Shown in pieces: positions 38,468-47,813 of a DNA stretch of 55,677 bases; the first letter of the stretch is position 1, and each line of letters begins with the position of its first letter. The stretch is from a virus (taxonomy: Duplodnaviria; Caudoviricetes): IMG/VR virus record IMGVR_UViG_3300004353_000017, positions 1-55,677 of that record, one strand, 5' to 3'. A program made the position numbers and the translations under genes. Below the pieces are notes generated by a model, which saw nothing but the letters and a program-made list of their open reading frames with translations, made no database searches and had not been told where the DNA came from.

Positions 38468-39583
38468 TTAGTTAATAAGTGTTGGCATGAGCAACATAAA
38501 GAGGCTCTCTTCCTCCGTTTCACCGTCTGCCGGAGTCATAATTGCCGCTCGACTTGGAAGTGAGAACTCAAAGTTGACTTCTTCGGAAGTAACATTGCTG
38601 ATGATATCGGAAAGATATCTGGCATTAAAACCAATCCTGGTGTTTTCGCCAATGTAATTGCAGGCCAGTCTTTCGTTTGCTTTATTAGAATAGTCAACGT
38701 CTTCAGCTGTTAAATGGATCTCGTTTCCTGAGAAATCTAAAACCAGCTGCTTTGTTGTTTTGTTGGAGAAAATCGAGACGCACTTTACCGAGTTATACAA
38801 AGTGTTTCTATTGATCACTGCTTTGTTTGGATTTTCTTTCGGAATAACACCAGCATAGTTTGGGTACTTCCCGTCGACCAATCTACAGATTACAATAAAA
38901 TCGGTGAAAGCAAAAATTGCGTTTGTCTGGTTAAATGAAAGTGCAACGTCAGTATCTAAAGTTGCTAGAATTCCTTTCAGTACGTTTAAAGGCTTTTTCG
39001 GAACAATTAATTCTACAGGTTCAGGTGTGGAAATATCCTTTCGCGTATATCTCACCAGTTTATGGGCGTCAGTTGCAACAAAATTTAATCCGGATTCAGA
39101 GAACTGAAATAATACTCCCATCATCACCGGGCGTAGGTCATCTGTTCCGGTAGCAAAGACAGTTTTAGTGATCGCTTTACTCAGGATTTTAGAATTGATA
39201 CTAACAGATTGAACGTCTTCAAATAAAACTGCTGTAGGATATTCTTTGGCCGAAGAATAAGCAATTGAATAAACTCCGGATGATGAAGTAATATACATCG
39301 TACTGTTATCTAATACAGCAAACTCAAGTGGCTGCTCCGGGAATGCTTTCAGAATGTCAATTAGCATTCTTGCATGAATAGCAATAGATCCTTTATCTGT
39401 AGAAGTAATTTCCAGTGTAGAGCTGATTGTTGTTTCCAAATCGGTTGCCGTAATTTTCAGCAGATTCTCATTGATCTCAAATAAGAAGTTGTCCAGGATT
39501 GGGAGAGTATTTGACGAATTGATTACGCCATTTAAAATTAATAGCTTTTCAAGTAAATTTTTACTGTTTAATATTAGTTTCAT
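38468..39583 (-). CDS. dnaN: DNA polymerase III beta sliding clamp (phage copy)
   Basis: TLPILDNFLF, ATDLE, DDLRPVM.GV, VATDAHKL, RL.DGKYPNY..VIP, IGFNARYL, L.MP. Confidence 0.96.
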   Translation of the reverse strand: MKLILNSKNLLEKLLILNGVINSSNTLPILDNFLFEINENLLKITATDLETTISSTLEITSTDKGSIAIHARMLIDILKAFPEQPLEFAVLDNSTMYITSSSGVYSIAYSSAKEYPTAVLFEDVQSVSINSKILSKAITKTVFATGTDDLRPVMMGVLFQFSESGLNFVATDAHKLVRYTRKDISTPEPVELIVPKKPLNVLKGILATLDTDVALSFNQTNAIFAFTDFIVICRLVDGKYPNYAGVIPKENPNKAVINRNTLYNSVKCVSIFSNKTTKQLVLDFSGNEIHLTAEDVDYSNKANERLACNYIGENTRIGFNARYLSDIISNVTSEEVNFEFSLPSRAAIMTPADGETEEESLFMLLMPTLIN

Positions 39584-40695
39584 AATGTTGATGTTGTTTG
39601 AATATATTGTTCAATTGCTTTGAATATTTGTAAAGCGACTTGTGGCACTATTGCGTTTCCTCCCGCTTTAATTGTTTCTTTTCTCCATGTTCCATAAGTG
39701 TCATGAAGGATTTTGTCGATCTCTTCTTCCGATAAAATTCCATTGCTATCCTCTCGAAAGAATTGTCGCAATGATTCGGTGGGAAACCCATCATCTCCAT
39801 CACAAACCGGGGATTGAGATGGGAAGTTTTCCCAGTTTTCAGGTATATAAATCTTTTCGTCAAATTGTCGTTCCTCATTGCCTGTGATTCCGGAAGAGTT
39901 AAATTCTTTGAGTCGTTCACTGTTGGAGTTGGAAGAAATCCCTGTTCCGCAAGTTGTCTTATACCTATTCCATATTTCACACCCTTCGGAGATATATTCT
40001 CTACTTTTCCGTTCTTGGATATTGTTAACTTCCTTTCGGATCCTCTCTCTCCCTCCGATGCTTTCGGCGTCGGAAGAAGATCGTAAAACATTGCTGCATC
40101 CATTATACTGTTCAGACGCTGTTCCCCGGCTGCTCGACTGGTCATCGTTTTGGCACCGGTCGCTTTCAACTTCTCTACCCTTTCCGGATGATCTCTTTGC
40201 ACACTTGTTGGAGTAGGCAATAAACCATATCCGATCTCTTCTATGAGGCGCGTTGACGGCACAAGCTGGAAGTAAAAACGGTGTGACTTCGTAGCCTTCA
40301 TTTTCCAAGTCAGCCTGCACTTCGTCGAATACCAGTCCTCCGTTCCAATTAGTAAGGCCGCGAACGTTTTCCCCCACAATCCAGGTCGGCTGAATCTCTC
40401 GTATTGCTCTAAGCATTTCAGGCCAGAGATGGCGATTATCTTCTTTTCCTTTTCTTTTACCAGCTGAACTATATGGCTGGCAGGGGAAACCTCCTGTGAG
40501 GATGTCAATAACTCCTCTGTAAATAGTAAAGTCTGTTGTTGTAATATCTGTATGTGTTTTTGCATTTGGCCAGTAATTTGTTAAGTTAAATTGTCCGAAA
40601 GTATTCCATTCACAATGCGCTACATTTTCCCACCCCATCCATTGGGCAGCCAAATCAAAGCCTCCTATGCCGGAAAATAATGAGATGTGCTTCAT
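39580..40695 (-). CDS. DNA (cytosine-5) methyltransferase, large/alpha polypeptide
   Basis: Motif I LFSGIGG, IV GGFPCQ, VI ENV, VIII R.RIW, X GNAIVPQVA; no recognisable motif IX in this frame. Confidence 0.9.
   Translation of the reverse strand: MKHISLFSGIGGFDLAAQWMGWENVAHCEWNTFGQFNLTNYWPNAKTHTDITTTDFTIYRGVIDILTGGFPCQPYSSAGKRKGKEDNRHLWPEMLRAIREIQPTWIVGENVRGLTNWNGGLVFDEVQADLENEGYEVTPFLLPACAVNAPHRRDRIWFIAYSNKCAKRSSGKGREVESDRCQNDDQSSSRGTASEQYNGCSNVLRSSSDAESIGGRERIRKEVNNIQERKSREYISEGCEIWNRYKTTCGTGISSNSNSERLKEFNSSGITGNEERQFDEKIYIPENWENFPSQSPVCDGDDGFPTESLRQFFREDSNGILSEEEIDKILHDTYGTWRKETIKAGGNAIVPQVALQIFKAIEQYIQTTSTL
39648..40565 (-). CDS. Nested alternative-frame polypeptide carrying C5-MTase motif IX (beta-like subunit)
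   Basis: 305 aa open frame fully inside the MTase; three LPTP repeats and LNPRFVMEMMGFP. Confidence 0.7.
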   Translation of the reverse strand: MQKHIQILQQQTLLFTEELLTSSQEVSPASHIVQLVKEKEKKIIAISGLKCLEQYERFSRPGLWGKTFAALLIGTEDWYSTKCRLTWKMKATKSHRFYFQLVPSTRLIEEIGYGLLPTPTSVQRDHPERVEKLKATGAKTMTSRAAGEQRLNSIMDAAMFYDLLPTPKASEGERGSERKLTISKNGKVENISPKGVKYGIGIRQLAEQGFLPTPTVNDSKNLTLPESQAMRNDNLTKRFIYLKTGKTSHLNPRFVMEMMGFPPNHCDNSFERIAMEFYRKKRSTKSFMTLMEHGEKKQLKREETQ

Positions 40696-43274
40696 ATGGC
40701 TATATCAAATAAGGTTGGCACATTCTGTTTCAGTTCCTCGCCCTTTAGATAATTTGCACCATCTAAAAAAGAAATTGGGTTCAACTCGATTCCATAACCT
40801 CGGCGACCTTTTTTGATTGCTCGAAGTGGTACCGTCATAAGTCCGGCGAAATAATCTAAAACAAGATCTCCCGGATTACTCATTTGCTCGATAACTCTGT
40901 CAGCAATATCAAACTGCATTGGGCAGATATGCATTTCTTTTCCTAAACTCCATTGTGAGCCGTTTAAAGTTCTCATTCTAGTAATATCTGTCCACACTTC
41001 AGACGACCAGCTTTGAGGCTGTAGCAACATAAAACCGGATGGCAATTTCCCTTGTATTTCAAGATTTTCAGCAATTGAAACTACCTGTTCAAAATCCCAA
41101 ACCTCATTTAAGCTGTAGCTTCTGAATAGTTTGTAAATTTGATCGTGTTCAAGTTTGGCAACCTCATCAGGAACTAAAAGTCTTTCACCAGAACTGCGAG
41201 TGTAACCGTGTGCATCCATTTGCCATCTGGCGCGCGAATATCCACTGTTGTTAAACTCCCCTATTTTATGATCAAACTCTCTTTTCTCTTTTATAACTGG
41301 GATATCAGCATAAGCGTTAGAAGTATCGCTTGGCGGTTTGCGGAAATAAAGAAGATATTCCGGCATTCCAACTCCCATTTTTGAGCCATCTTTACATTGT
41401 TCAGTCCATCCTAAACGATAGGTTTGATTGTTTTCTCTAACAACATCGGTAACAATAGTTTTCATCCCCATATACTCGAATCCATGTTTTCGATAATGGT
41501 TTACAGTATCAATATGAAAAGGATAAACAGTTTGAAATCCTAATCCGGATAGTCCACCAGGTATAATTCTATCCTTCACATGAATTGCTGCTATTCTTCC
41601 CGGCTGTAAAACTCTGAAGGCCTCAGGTGTTGAATAATCCATTTGAGCGAAGAACTCTTCTGTATTTGATGTATGTCCGTAATCCGCATAGTTTGGCGAA
41701 TATTCGTATTGATTTGCAAACGGAATTGATGAGAGAATTAAACCCACTGAATTTGATTCGATCAGCGGCAATTCCTTTATATTGTCATTTTGGACAGCTG
41801 TAAAATTTTTGCCTTTAATTTCAATTCTTTCAACTCCGATCTTTCTGGCTAAATGTTGAGCCATTGCAGATTGAGATAATCCATATTCTTTGATGATGTT
41901 CGTCATTTTAATTACCATTAAGTTGTGTTGTTTCCATTTACGCTCAAGTTGTTTCCTGATTTCGCGTTCGGCTTCAGTATAGATCAAATCAATTCGCACA
42001 GTTCCAGTTTGTCCGAATCGTAAAAGCCTGTGAATTGACTGTATGAAGTCATTAAATTTGAAGCCTATTCCTAAATAAATTGCCCAGGAACAATGTTTTT
42101 GTAGATTGGTACCAGATCCTAACATTGAAGGTTTTCCGGCTAATTCTTGTAACTCACCATTGGAAAATTTTAAAACAATTTCTTCTCTTAGTTCCAGTTT
42201 CTGACTTCCAAAAACTGATTTACAACCGGGAATTGATTTTTCAATTAATCTTCTCTCATCTTCCAAATCGTGCCACAATATTCTATGAGCATTAATATCT
42301 TGATCTCTTAATTCAAGCATTTTATTTACACGATCTCTGAGGCTTTTTCTTTTTTCCTTCGCTGAGCCTTCCAAACCAATTGCAACTTCGTTATACATTT
42401 GGTACTGCCCACGTTTATCGTTTCCAGCGTCCGAGTGATCAGAAGCTATTTCGTGCCATCTAATGTCAAGCGGCGGCAAAATATATCCTGCATCATCATT
42501 CTCATCACCGGTAATGTCTGAAGGTTTTGAAACAAACAAAGCCCAAGAAGAAACCCATAACCAGAACTCTTCTTCTTTGTGAGCATGAAGAGTTAGTTTG
42601 TCGGCTTTTGTACTATCTCTTTTAAAGAATCTCGTTTTAGCCTGGCTAACGTCCATAACTCCCAAAAAGTCGGCATAAGCAAGTAATTCGATATAATCAT
42701 TTGGTGAAGGCGTTGCAGTTGCAACAAAACGATAAGGTACACATTCAGTTCCTCGGCGATCTCCATTCGGTCCTGCATCACCTGTAAACAATCGCATAAA
42801 TTCACGGAACGTTTTTGAACCTCCCAGCCCGCGTAAAATTGATGCTTCATCTAAACTCGCAACCTGAAACAATCTCGGATCTAATTTTCCATCTCTAACC
42901 GTTTCATAATTGGTGATATAAATACCTGTTTCGGAAGCTTCTTCGATTCTCCTGATAAATTTCGGGCCAGAATGCCATCCAAGAATATTAACAGCATCTT
43001 TTGAGAACTCAGCTCTCACTCCTAAAGGAGCTATTATCAATCCCCGGCCACCAGTTTTTAATAAAGTACATCGAATTGCTTCCAACTGCGTCACAGTTTT
43101 ATGAAGTCCAAACGAGGCGAAACAAGCGCGGCGACCACCTTCCACAAGCCACTTAACCATTAGTTTATTATGGTCTTTAAGTTTTGGGCTGATATCAGAA
43201 AGATCTAAATCGAAACCTTCTTTTTGTGCTATTCTAATTTTTGATTGCAGAAATTCATCATACGATTTTATCAT
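40692..43274 (-). CDS. SNF2-like helicase - DNA N4/N6 methyltransferase fusion
   Basis: GLHKT, LDEAS, TATPSPND, Q.I.R..RFGQ helicase motifs; SIPF (motif IV), HICP.Q.D, DYFAG (motif I). Confidence 0.88.
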   Translation of the reverse strand: MIKSYDEFLQSKIRIAQKEGFDLDLSDISPKLKDHNKLMVKWLVEGGRRACFASFGLHKTVTQLEAIRCTLLKTGGRGLIIAPLGVRAEFSKDAVNILGWHSGPKFIRRIEEASETGIYITNYETVRDGKLDPRLFQVASLDEASILRGLGGSKTFREFMRLFTGDAGPNGDRRGTECVPYRFVATATPSPNDYIELLAYADFLGVMDVSQAKTRFFKRDSTKADKLTLHAHKEEEFWLWVSSWALFVSKPSDITGDENDDAGYILPPLDIRWHEIASDHSDAGNDKRGQYQMYNEVAIGLEGSAKEKRKSLRDRVNKMLELRDQDINAHRILWHDLEDERRLIEKSIPGCKSVFGSQKLELREEIVLKFSNGELQELAGKPSMLGSGTNLQKHCSWAIYLGIGFKFNDFIQSIHRLLRFGQTGTVRIDLIYTEAEREIRKQLERKWKQHNLMVIKMTNIIKEYGLSQSAMAQHLARKIGVERIEIKGKNFTAVQNDNIKELPLIESNSVGLILSSIPFANQYEYSPNYADYGHTSNTEEFFAQMDYSTPEAFRVLQPGRIAAIHVKDRIIPGGLSGLGFQTVYPFHIDTVNHYRKHGFEYMGMKTIVTDVVRENNQTYRLGWTEQCKDGSKMGVGMPEYLLYFRKPPSDTSNAYADIPVIKEKREFDHKIGEFNNSGYSRARWQMDAHGYTRSSGERLLVPDEVAKLEHDQIYKLFRSYSLNEVWDFEQVVSIAENLEIQGKLPSGFMLLQPQSWSSEVWTDITRMRTLNGSQWSLGKEMHICPMQFDIADRVIEQMSNPGDLVLDYFAGLMTVPLRAIKKGRRGYGIELNPISFLDGANYLKGEELKQNVPTLFDIAI

Positions 43275-43512
43275 GGCTTGGTAGTTTTTTAAAGTAGTAG
43301 ATTTTATTTCCGTTTGGCAGCTCTTTAACCTCTGTCGGTTTTTGGTCAAAAGACAGAAACTCTAAAAGTTTTTCGTAAGCGTTTATCTCGCTTACTCCTT
43401 TCATTTCAATTTCTGTTTTATTTGGAATGAAGAAAGTTGTTTTGGCAACCCAAATGCTTTTTACGATTTTTTCAGTTTCTATTTTTTCGATATTGATATT
43501 TTGTAGATCCAT
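43258..43512 (-). CDS. Hypothetical protein
   Basis: 84 aa from ATG 43512. Confidence 0.55.
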   Translation of the reverse strand: MDLQNINIEKIETEKIVKSIWVAKTTFFIPNKTEIEMKGVSEINAYEKLLEFLSFDQKPTEVKELPNGNKIYYFKKLPSHDKIV

Positions 43513-43553
43513 GCGATAGGTTTTCAATGTTATTTTGTTTTTAGTTAGCCAAT

Positions 43554-43576
43554 AAAAAAGCTCTCGATAGAGAGCT
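43554..43576 (-). terminator. Intrinsic terminator
   Basis: AGCTCTC-TATC-GAGAGCT plus T-tract on minus strand. Confidence 0.65.
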
Positions 43577-43600
43577 GTAAAATGTTTATGATGTAGTAGC

Positions 43601-44041
43601 TTAAATCCTTCCGAATATTAGCATAAAGGCGTCGCGTTGTTCCTGATTGGTTTGTCCTGTATAGCCTGTAATTTGCTTGAAGTAACTGTTTGTGATTTTA
43701 CTCGCTGTTGGCTTAATTTTATAATGAGTGATTTTCAAATATTCACACATTTCAACAATCTTTTTGGCCGTTTCGAAATTTGCACCTGTGTATGATCCAA
43801 TCTTTGCATTGAAAGCAGCTGATTGATCGTTTTTACGATGCCAATTAGATTTATTCAAAAAACCACATTCGACAAAGACTTCTACATCTGGATACTGTTT
43901 TTTCATTTCGACGAAGTAATCGAAAAGTTGAAAGAAAGTAAGATTGTCAAGCTGCAGCTGATTACCACTTAGAAAAGCAACTCCTGATTTATCAACATCC
44001 GGATCTATACCAATTAAATATTTTTCCTTTTTCTTGATCAT
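43601..44041 (-). CDS. RuvC-like (RNase H fold) Holliday junction resolvase
   Basis: IGIDPD...SGVA, V.VE, EQRDA acidic triad. Confidence 0.7.
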   Translation of the reverse strand: MIKKKEKYLIGIDPDVDKSGVAFLSGNQLQLDNLTFFQLFDYFVEMKKQYPDVEVFVECGFLNKSNWHRKNDQSAAFNAKIGSYTGANFETAKKIVEMCEYLKITHYKIKPTASKITNSYFKQITGYTGQTNQEQRDAFMLIFGRI

Positions 44042-44259
44042 GGTTTCAGGCTGTTTGCTTTTGGAATAGATCCGGGACATTCTTCTGACAGCTTTTTTAT
44101 AGCCGAAATTAGAGCAGTGTCTATACCTGTAAAAGGCCTTAGCAATATTCCAACATCGCTTAACGCAACTGGCATTTGATTTTCCAGATGTTTGATTCCT
44201 AAATCTGTGATTTGGTCTTTTATAGCGACCAGCTTTAATAATATTTCGGTGCTTTCCAT
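44038..44259 (-). CDS. Hypothetical protein
   Basis: Start at MESTE; coupled to the resolvase gene. Confidence 0.5.
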   Translation of the reverse strand: MESTEILLKLVAIKDQITDLGIKHLENQMPVALSDVGILLRPFTGIDTALISAIKKLSEECPGSIPKANSLKP

Positions 44260-44260
44260 T

Positions 44261-44485
44261 TTAAATTGTTCTAAAGTTGATTTTGCTTTGCTTGGTATCT
44301 TCGACGACTGTAACATCTTGAAGTAATTGATCAATTGTAAATTCCCTTATTTTTTCTAAGCGATTTTGAATTTTAGTGATTTCCTGAAGCAGTTTTGGTA
44401 AGGAATCATTCGGACACAAGGGAACATAATCTTTGAAGTTTTTCAGCTGAATTTCTAAGCTATTCCGCTGGCGAATATGGTTCAT
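44261..44485 (-). CDS. Hypothetical protein
   Basis: 74 aa, ATGA overlap with the ATPase gene. Confidence 0.55.
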   Translation of the reverse strand: MNHIRQRNSLEIQLKNFKDYVPLCPNDSLPKLLQEITKIQNRLEKIREFTIDQLLQDVTVVEDTKQSKINFRTI

Positions 44486-45345
44486 TTTCTAAAAGATTTC
44501 CCTTTAAATTCAATGACGTTGAACATTTCAAACATTCTATCGTCAACACGTGCTCCATACTTTTCACCAAACTCTGCAAGAGCCATTTCAATATCGCCTT
44601 GATAGCCTTCTTTGAAATTGCAGGTAATGTGAGTTTTTACTTTTCGATTGTAACGCTCTTCGATAATTTCTTTGAACAGGTTTGCTTTTCCATAATTTGA
44701 CGCGATTCTTTCCGTCTTAACATCATCAAAATAGCGCGTTCCTTTGTACATCAAATTTTCAAAATCTGTTTTATCAGTTTCGGAAGAGCATTTTTCAAAC
44801 ATTCCAACAACTTCATTTGCAGAAAAACCACGGAAACCAATTCCAGAAATGCCTCTGAAGATTTCCTCAAAAACTTTCATTGTGGAAGTTTTACCGTTTC
44901 CAAATGGGCCAATAATCAAAAGACCTTTGTCAAAACTTGGATCGGTAATATTTGATAGATTTTTACACTTGAAGAATCTTTCATCTTTGGCGAAATAATA
45001 GATCAGAGGTTCTAAGTTTTCAATTGTAACATTTGGAACAATCTGCAATTTCTTTCCGTGTATCTGTCGAAATTTGGTTTTAAATAGTTTGTAAAGTTGA
45101 AGTGCTGTAATTTCAAAAACCTTCTTTTCTTTTGGCTTGTAAATTTTTTCAAAGTAATCAGCGGTTTTTAAAATGGTTTCTTCCGGTGAATAATTTCTTT
45201 TTGCCTCGTAAATTTCAATTTGCATTTTCTCAAAATCTGTCAAAGCATCAAGAGCTTTGCTTTTCAAATAATTGTATTTGTGCGGTCCAATAGGTGTAAC
45301 ACCAATTTTACCTATTCCGTTCGATTGTGATTGTTTGTTTTCCAT
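44482..45345 (-). CDS. DnaC/IstB-like P-loop ATPase (helicase loader)
   Basis: KGLLIIGPFGNGKT, FDD, THIT.N, YG.RV.DR..EMFN.IEF.G.SFR. Confidence 0.85.
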   Translation of the reverse strand: MENKQSQSNGIGKIGVTPIGPHKYNYLKSKALDALTDFEKMQIEIYEAKRNYSPEETILKTADYFEKIYKPKEKKVFEITALQLYKLFKTKFRQIHGKKLQIVPNVTIENLEPLIYYFAKDERFFKCKNLSNITDPSFDKGLLIIGPFGNGKTSTMKVFEEIFRGISGIGFRGFSANEVVGMFEKCSSETDKTDFENLMYKGTRYFDDVKTERIASNYGKANLFKEIIEERYNRKVKTHITCNFKEGYQGDIEMALAEFGEKYGARVDDRMFEMFNVIEFKGKSFRK

Positions 45346-46048
45346 TGTTGATTACTTTTTTAGATTTTAAAATTTCACCTGGAAGCCATCTTGAAAAATG
45401 GCCGGCATAATCTTGTTTATAATTTTTGCTGTCGAACTCGGAAATTAATTTGGTGTTAAAAATCTCAATCCAATTTTCTATTTCATCCGGACGGATTTTA
45501 TTTTGTATTGCAATTGTTTCTAACCAACTTGGACTTTCTAAAAGCTCTTTTCCAAAAATTTCATTTTGTGTAAATTCTTTTAAAGGTTTTATAAGGTTTA
45601 TATTGTTTTCTTGTTTTATTATACTCACCGTGCTTTCGCATGTGCTTTGTAAGGTGCTTTGATATGTGCTTTGTAATTTTCTTTCAAAGCGTTCTTCGTT
45701 ATTTTCGGTTGCTTTGATAGGTGCTTTGACATGTGCTTTGCTATTTTCTTTCAAAGCAATTATGTTGGCTGAATACTGATTTTTACTATATTCTACTACT
45801 TCAAAAAAACCAAACTGAACCAAATCATCAAAGGTTTTTTTATAAACTGAATAGCTTTTAATTCCAACATAGTCTAAAACCATCGAGGTTGGAAAGCCAA
45901 ACTTTTCTTTCCAACCTAAACGATTACAGTGTTCAACAGCATAGGCATACACAGCACAATGGTTTGGCTTTATGCTTTCAGGATTTTTAAAAGCAAAATC
46001 CCAAAAATCACGCATGAGCTTGAAGTAATCTAGTTTATCATCAGCCAT
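45308..46048 (-). CDS. Replication initiator protein (lambda O-like position)
   Basis: N-terminal wHTH-like region, internal iteron array, upstream of the loader ATPase. Confidence 0.75.
   Translation of the reverse strand: MADDKLDYFKLMRDFWDFAFKNPESIKPNHCAVYAYAVEHCNRLGWKEKFGFPTSMVLDYVGIKSYSVYKKTFDDLVQFGFFEVVEYSKNQYSANIIALKENSKAHVKAPIKATENNEERFERKLQSTYQSTLQSTCESTVSIIKQENNINLIKPLKEFTQNEIFGKELLESPSWLETIAIQNKIRPDEIENWIEIFNTKLISEFDSKNYKQDYAGHFSRWLPGEILKSKKVINNGKQTITIERNR
45630..45757. repeat. Iteron-like array (probable phage origin)
   Basis: GTGCTTT at 45630, 45642, 45654, 45666, (TTGCTTT 45709), 45721, 45733; ATTTTCTTTCAAAGC at 45676 and 45743. Confidence 0.8.
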
Positions 46049-46053
46049 GTTTT

Positions 46054-47214
46054 CTATTTTATGAATGGTACATTCGTTAATTGTCGTCCATTATTCCAGA
46101 TTGAGAATAAGCCTTCCTCAGTTTGTTTTATTTGCATTGTCTCTATTTTACCGAAGAAATTTATATTTCCTCCCATGTCAACGAACCAGCCTATTTTCTT
46201 TGTTCCATCTGGGTATGTAAAGATTCGCATTACCCGGCCAACAATTTGATAATATAATGAAAGTGACATAGTTGATCGAGCCATTAGAACTGCTTCAAGT
46301 GCAGGATAATCAAATCCAGTTGTTAAAACTCCAACGTTAATAAGGCATTTAATAACACCTTTTTTGAACTGACTAAGAATCCTTTCCCTTTCCTCCTTTT
46401 TTGTTTCTCCGGTCAAAATTGCAGATCCTGGTATTCGTTTTTGAACTGCTTTGGCCTCTTCGATTAAGGAGCAGAAAATCAAAATATTTTTTCTCTTACT
46501 CAAAATTGTAGTTGCCGTTTTTACTATTCTGGACGGCATGTCGATTGACTTATAATATCTTCGTAAAGAAGTTTGTGTAAAGTCGGTTCCTGAGCTGTTA
46601 AGCTCTAATTTACTTCGGTCAATAACATCAAAATTGTAGTACTGCAGTTGTGCCAAAAAGCCGGCATTGAACAAAACATCATTTTGCACATAGTAAAGAA
46701 CCCGGCTAAAAATTCTTGGAGTACTACGCGTTAAAAACGTTAATTGCGGACCTGTTGAAACCTGCTCCAATCTGTAAGGAGTGGCGGTCAAACCCAAAAC
46801 TTTAGCGTTTGGAAAAGCTTTTATAAACTCATTGTACATTCCAGCATCCGAGTTAACAAGATGACATTCATCAATCAGGATGTTTTCAAGCGCTTTGAAC
46901 AAATGCTTTTTATTAATCACGCTTCCGATTGTACAGAAAGTAACTTTGTCGATTCTTTTTTCTCCGGCAGAAGCACTATAAATTGATGCTTTCCCATAGT
47001 TTGAGAACTTCTCATAGTTCTGTTCCAGAATTTCCTTTGAAGGCTGGAGAACAATTGTTTTGCCCTCCAGCGGTTCCAATATTTTAGCGATGACAACAGA
47101 CTTTCCGGATCCAGTAGGAAGTATTACCAAAGCATTATCTGTTGAATCTCCTTTTAGAAATTCAACAGATAAATTAATGGATTCAATTTGATACGGTCGT
47201 AACTGAAATGCCAT
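46054..47214 (-). CDS. Superfamily 2 DEAD/DEAH-box helicase (RadD/UvsW-like)
   Basis: LRPYQ, PTGSGKS, IDECH, GLTATP, LTTGFD.P, Q.VGR..R. Confidence 0.93.
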   Translation of the reverse strand: MAFQLRPYQIESINLSVEFLKGDSTDNALVILPTGSGKSVVIAKILEPLEGKTIVLQPSKEILEQNYEKFSNYGKASIYSASAGEKRIDKVTFCTIGSVINKKHLFKALENILIDECHLVNSDAGMYNEFIKAFPNAKVLGLTATPYRLEQVSTGPQLTFLTRSTPRIFSRVLYYVQNDVLFNAGFLAQLQYYNFDVIDRSKLELNSSGTDFTQTSLRRYYKSIDMPSRIVKTATTILSKRKNILIFCSLIEEAKAVQKRIPGSAILTGETKKEERERILSQFKKGVIKCLINVGVLTTGFDYPALEAVLMARSTMSLSLYYQIVGRVMRIFTYPDGTKKIGWFVDMGGNINFFGKIETMQIKQTEEGLFSIWNNGRQLTNVPFIK

Positions 47215-47216
47215 TG

Positions 47217-47804
47217 CTAAACTTTGGCATTATCAAAAGCAGCATCTTCCTCGGCAAAAGTCATGTGTTGCTGATTTGGATCATCCTGAGGTGCTGTTTT
47301 ACCGTTCATATACAATTCAACCTCATCAATTGCTTCCTGCACTTTTTCTTTCAGTTCACTGATGTATAAATAAGCGCTTGAGTATTTAATTTTTGGAGAA
47401 TCAAATTTCACGATGCCGTTTGTTACTTCTTTCCAACCGGAAAGAATAACTGATCTGTTTTCTTCAACTCCGGATATTTTGAAACCTGTAACATGATATT
47501 TTTCGGTTTCAATTTCAGATTCTAATTCTGCGAGTTGTGTTATATTGGTGTTCCCGGTGTAAGCATCATCCAGATGTGCAAAAAAGACATCCAGTTGATC
47601 GAACTTTATCTGCAAATCATCGTGAACAATATGCGCTCCTTTTCGATTTAGTGTATCTCCTTTTGTTGGACCTTTTAACAGCTCATAAGAGTATGCACAT
47701 AATGCATCACTTATCGAAGCACCTTTGATTTCAACTTCTTTTTCTGAAATCTTTTCTAATGCTGCAGTAAACTTGTCCGAGTTAATTGTGATTGTTTTGG
47801 CCAT
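47217..47804 (-). CDS. Hypothetical protein
   Basis: 195 aa acidic ORF in the early operon. Confidence 0.7.
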   Translation of the reverse strand: MAKTITINSDKFTAALEKISEKEVEIKGASISDALCAYSYELLKGPTKGDTLNRKGAHIVHDDLQIKFDQLDVFFAHLDDAYTGNTNITQLAELESEIETEKYHVTGFKISGVEENRSVILSGWKEVTNGIVKFDSPKIKYSSAYLYISELKEKVQEAIDEVELYMNGKTAPQDDPNQQHMTFAEEDAAFDNAKV

Positions 47805-47813
47805 GATATTTTG

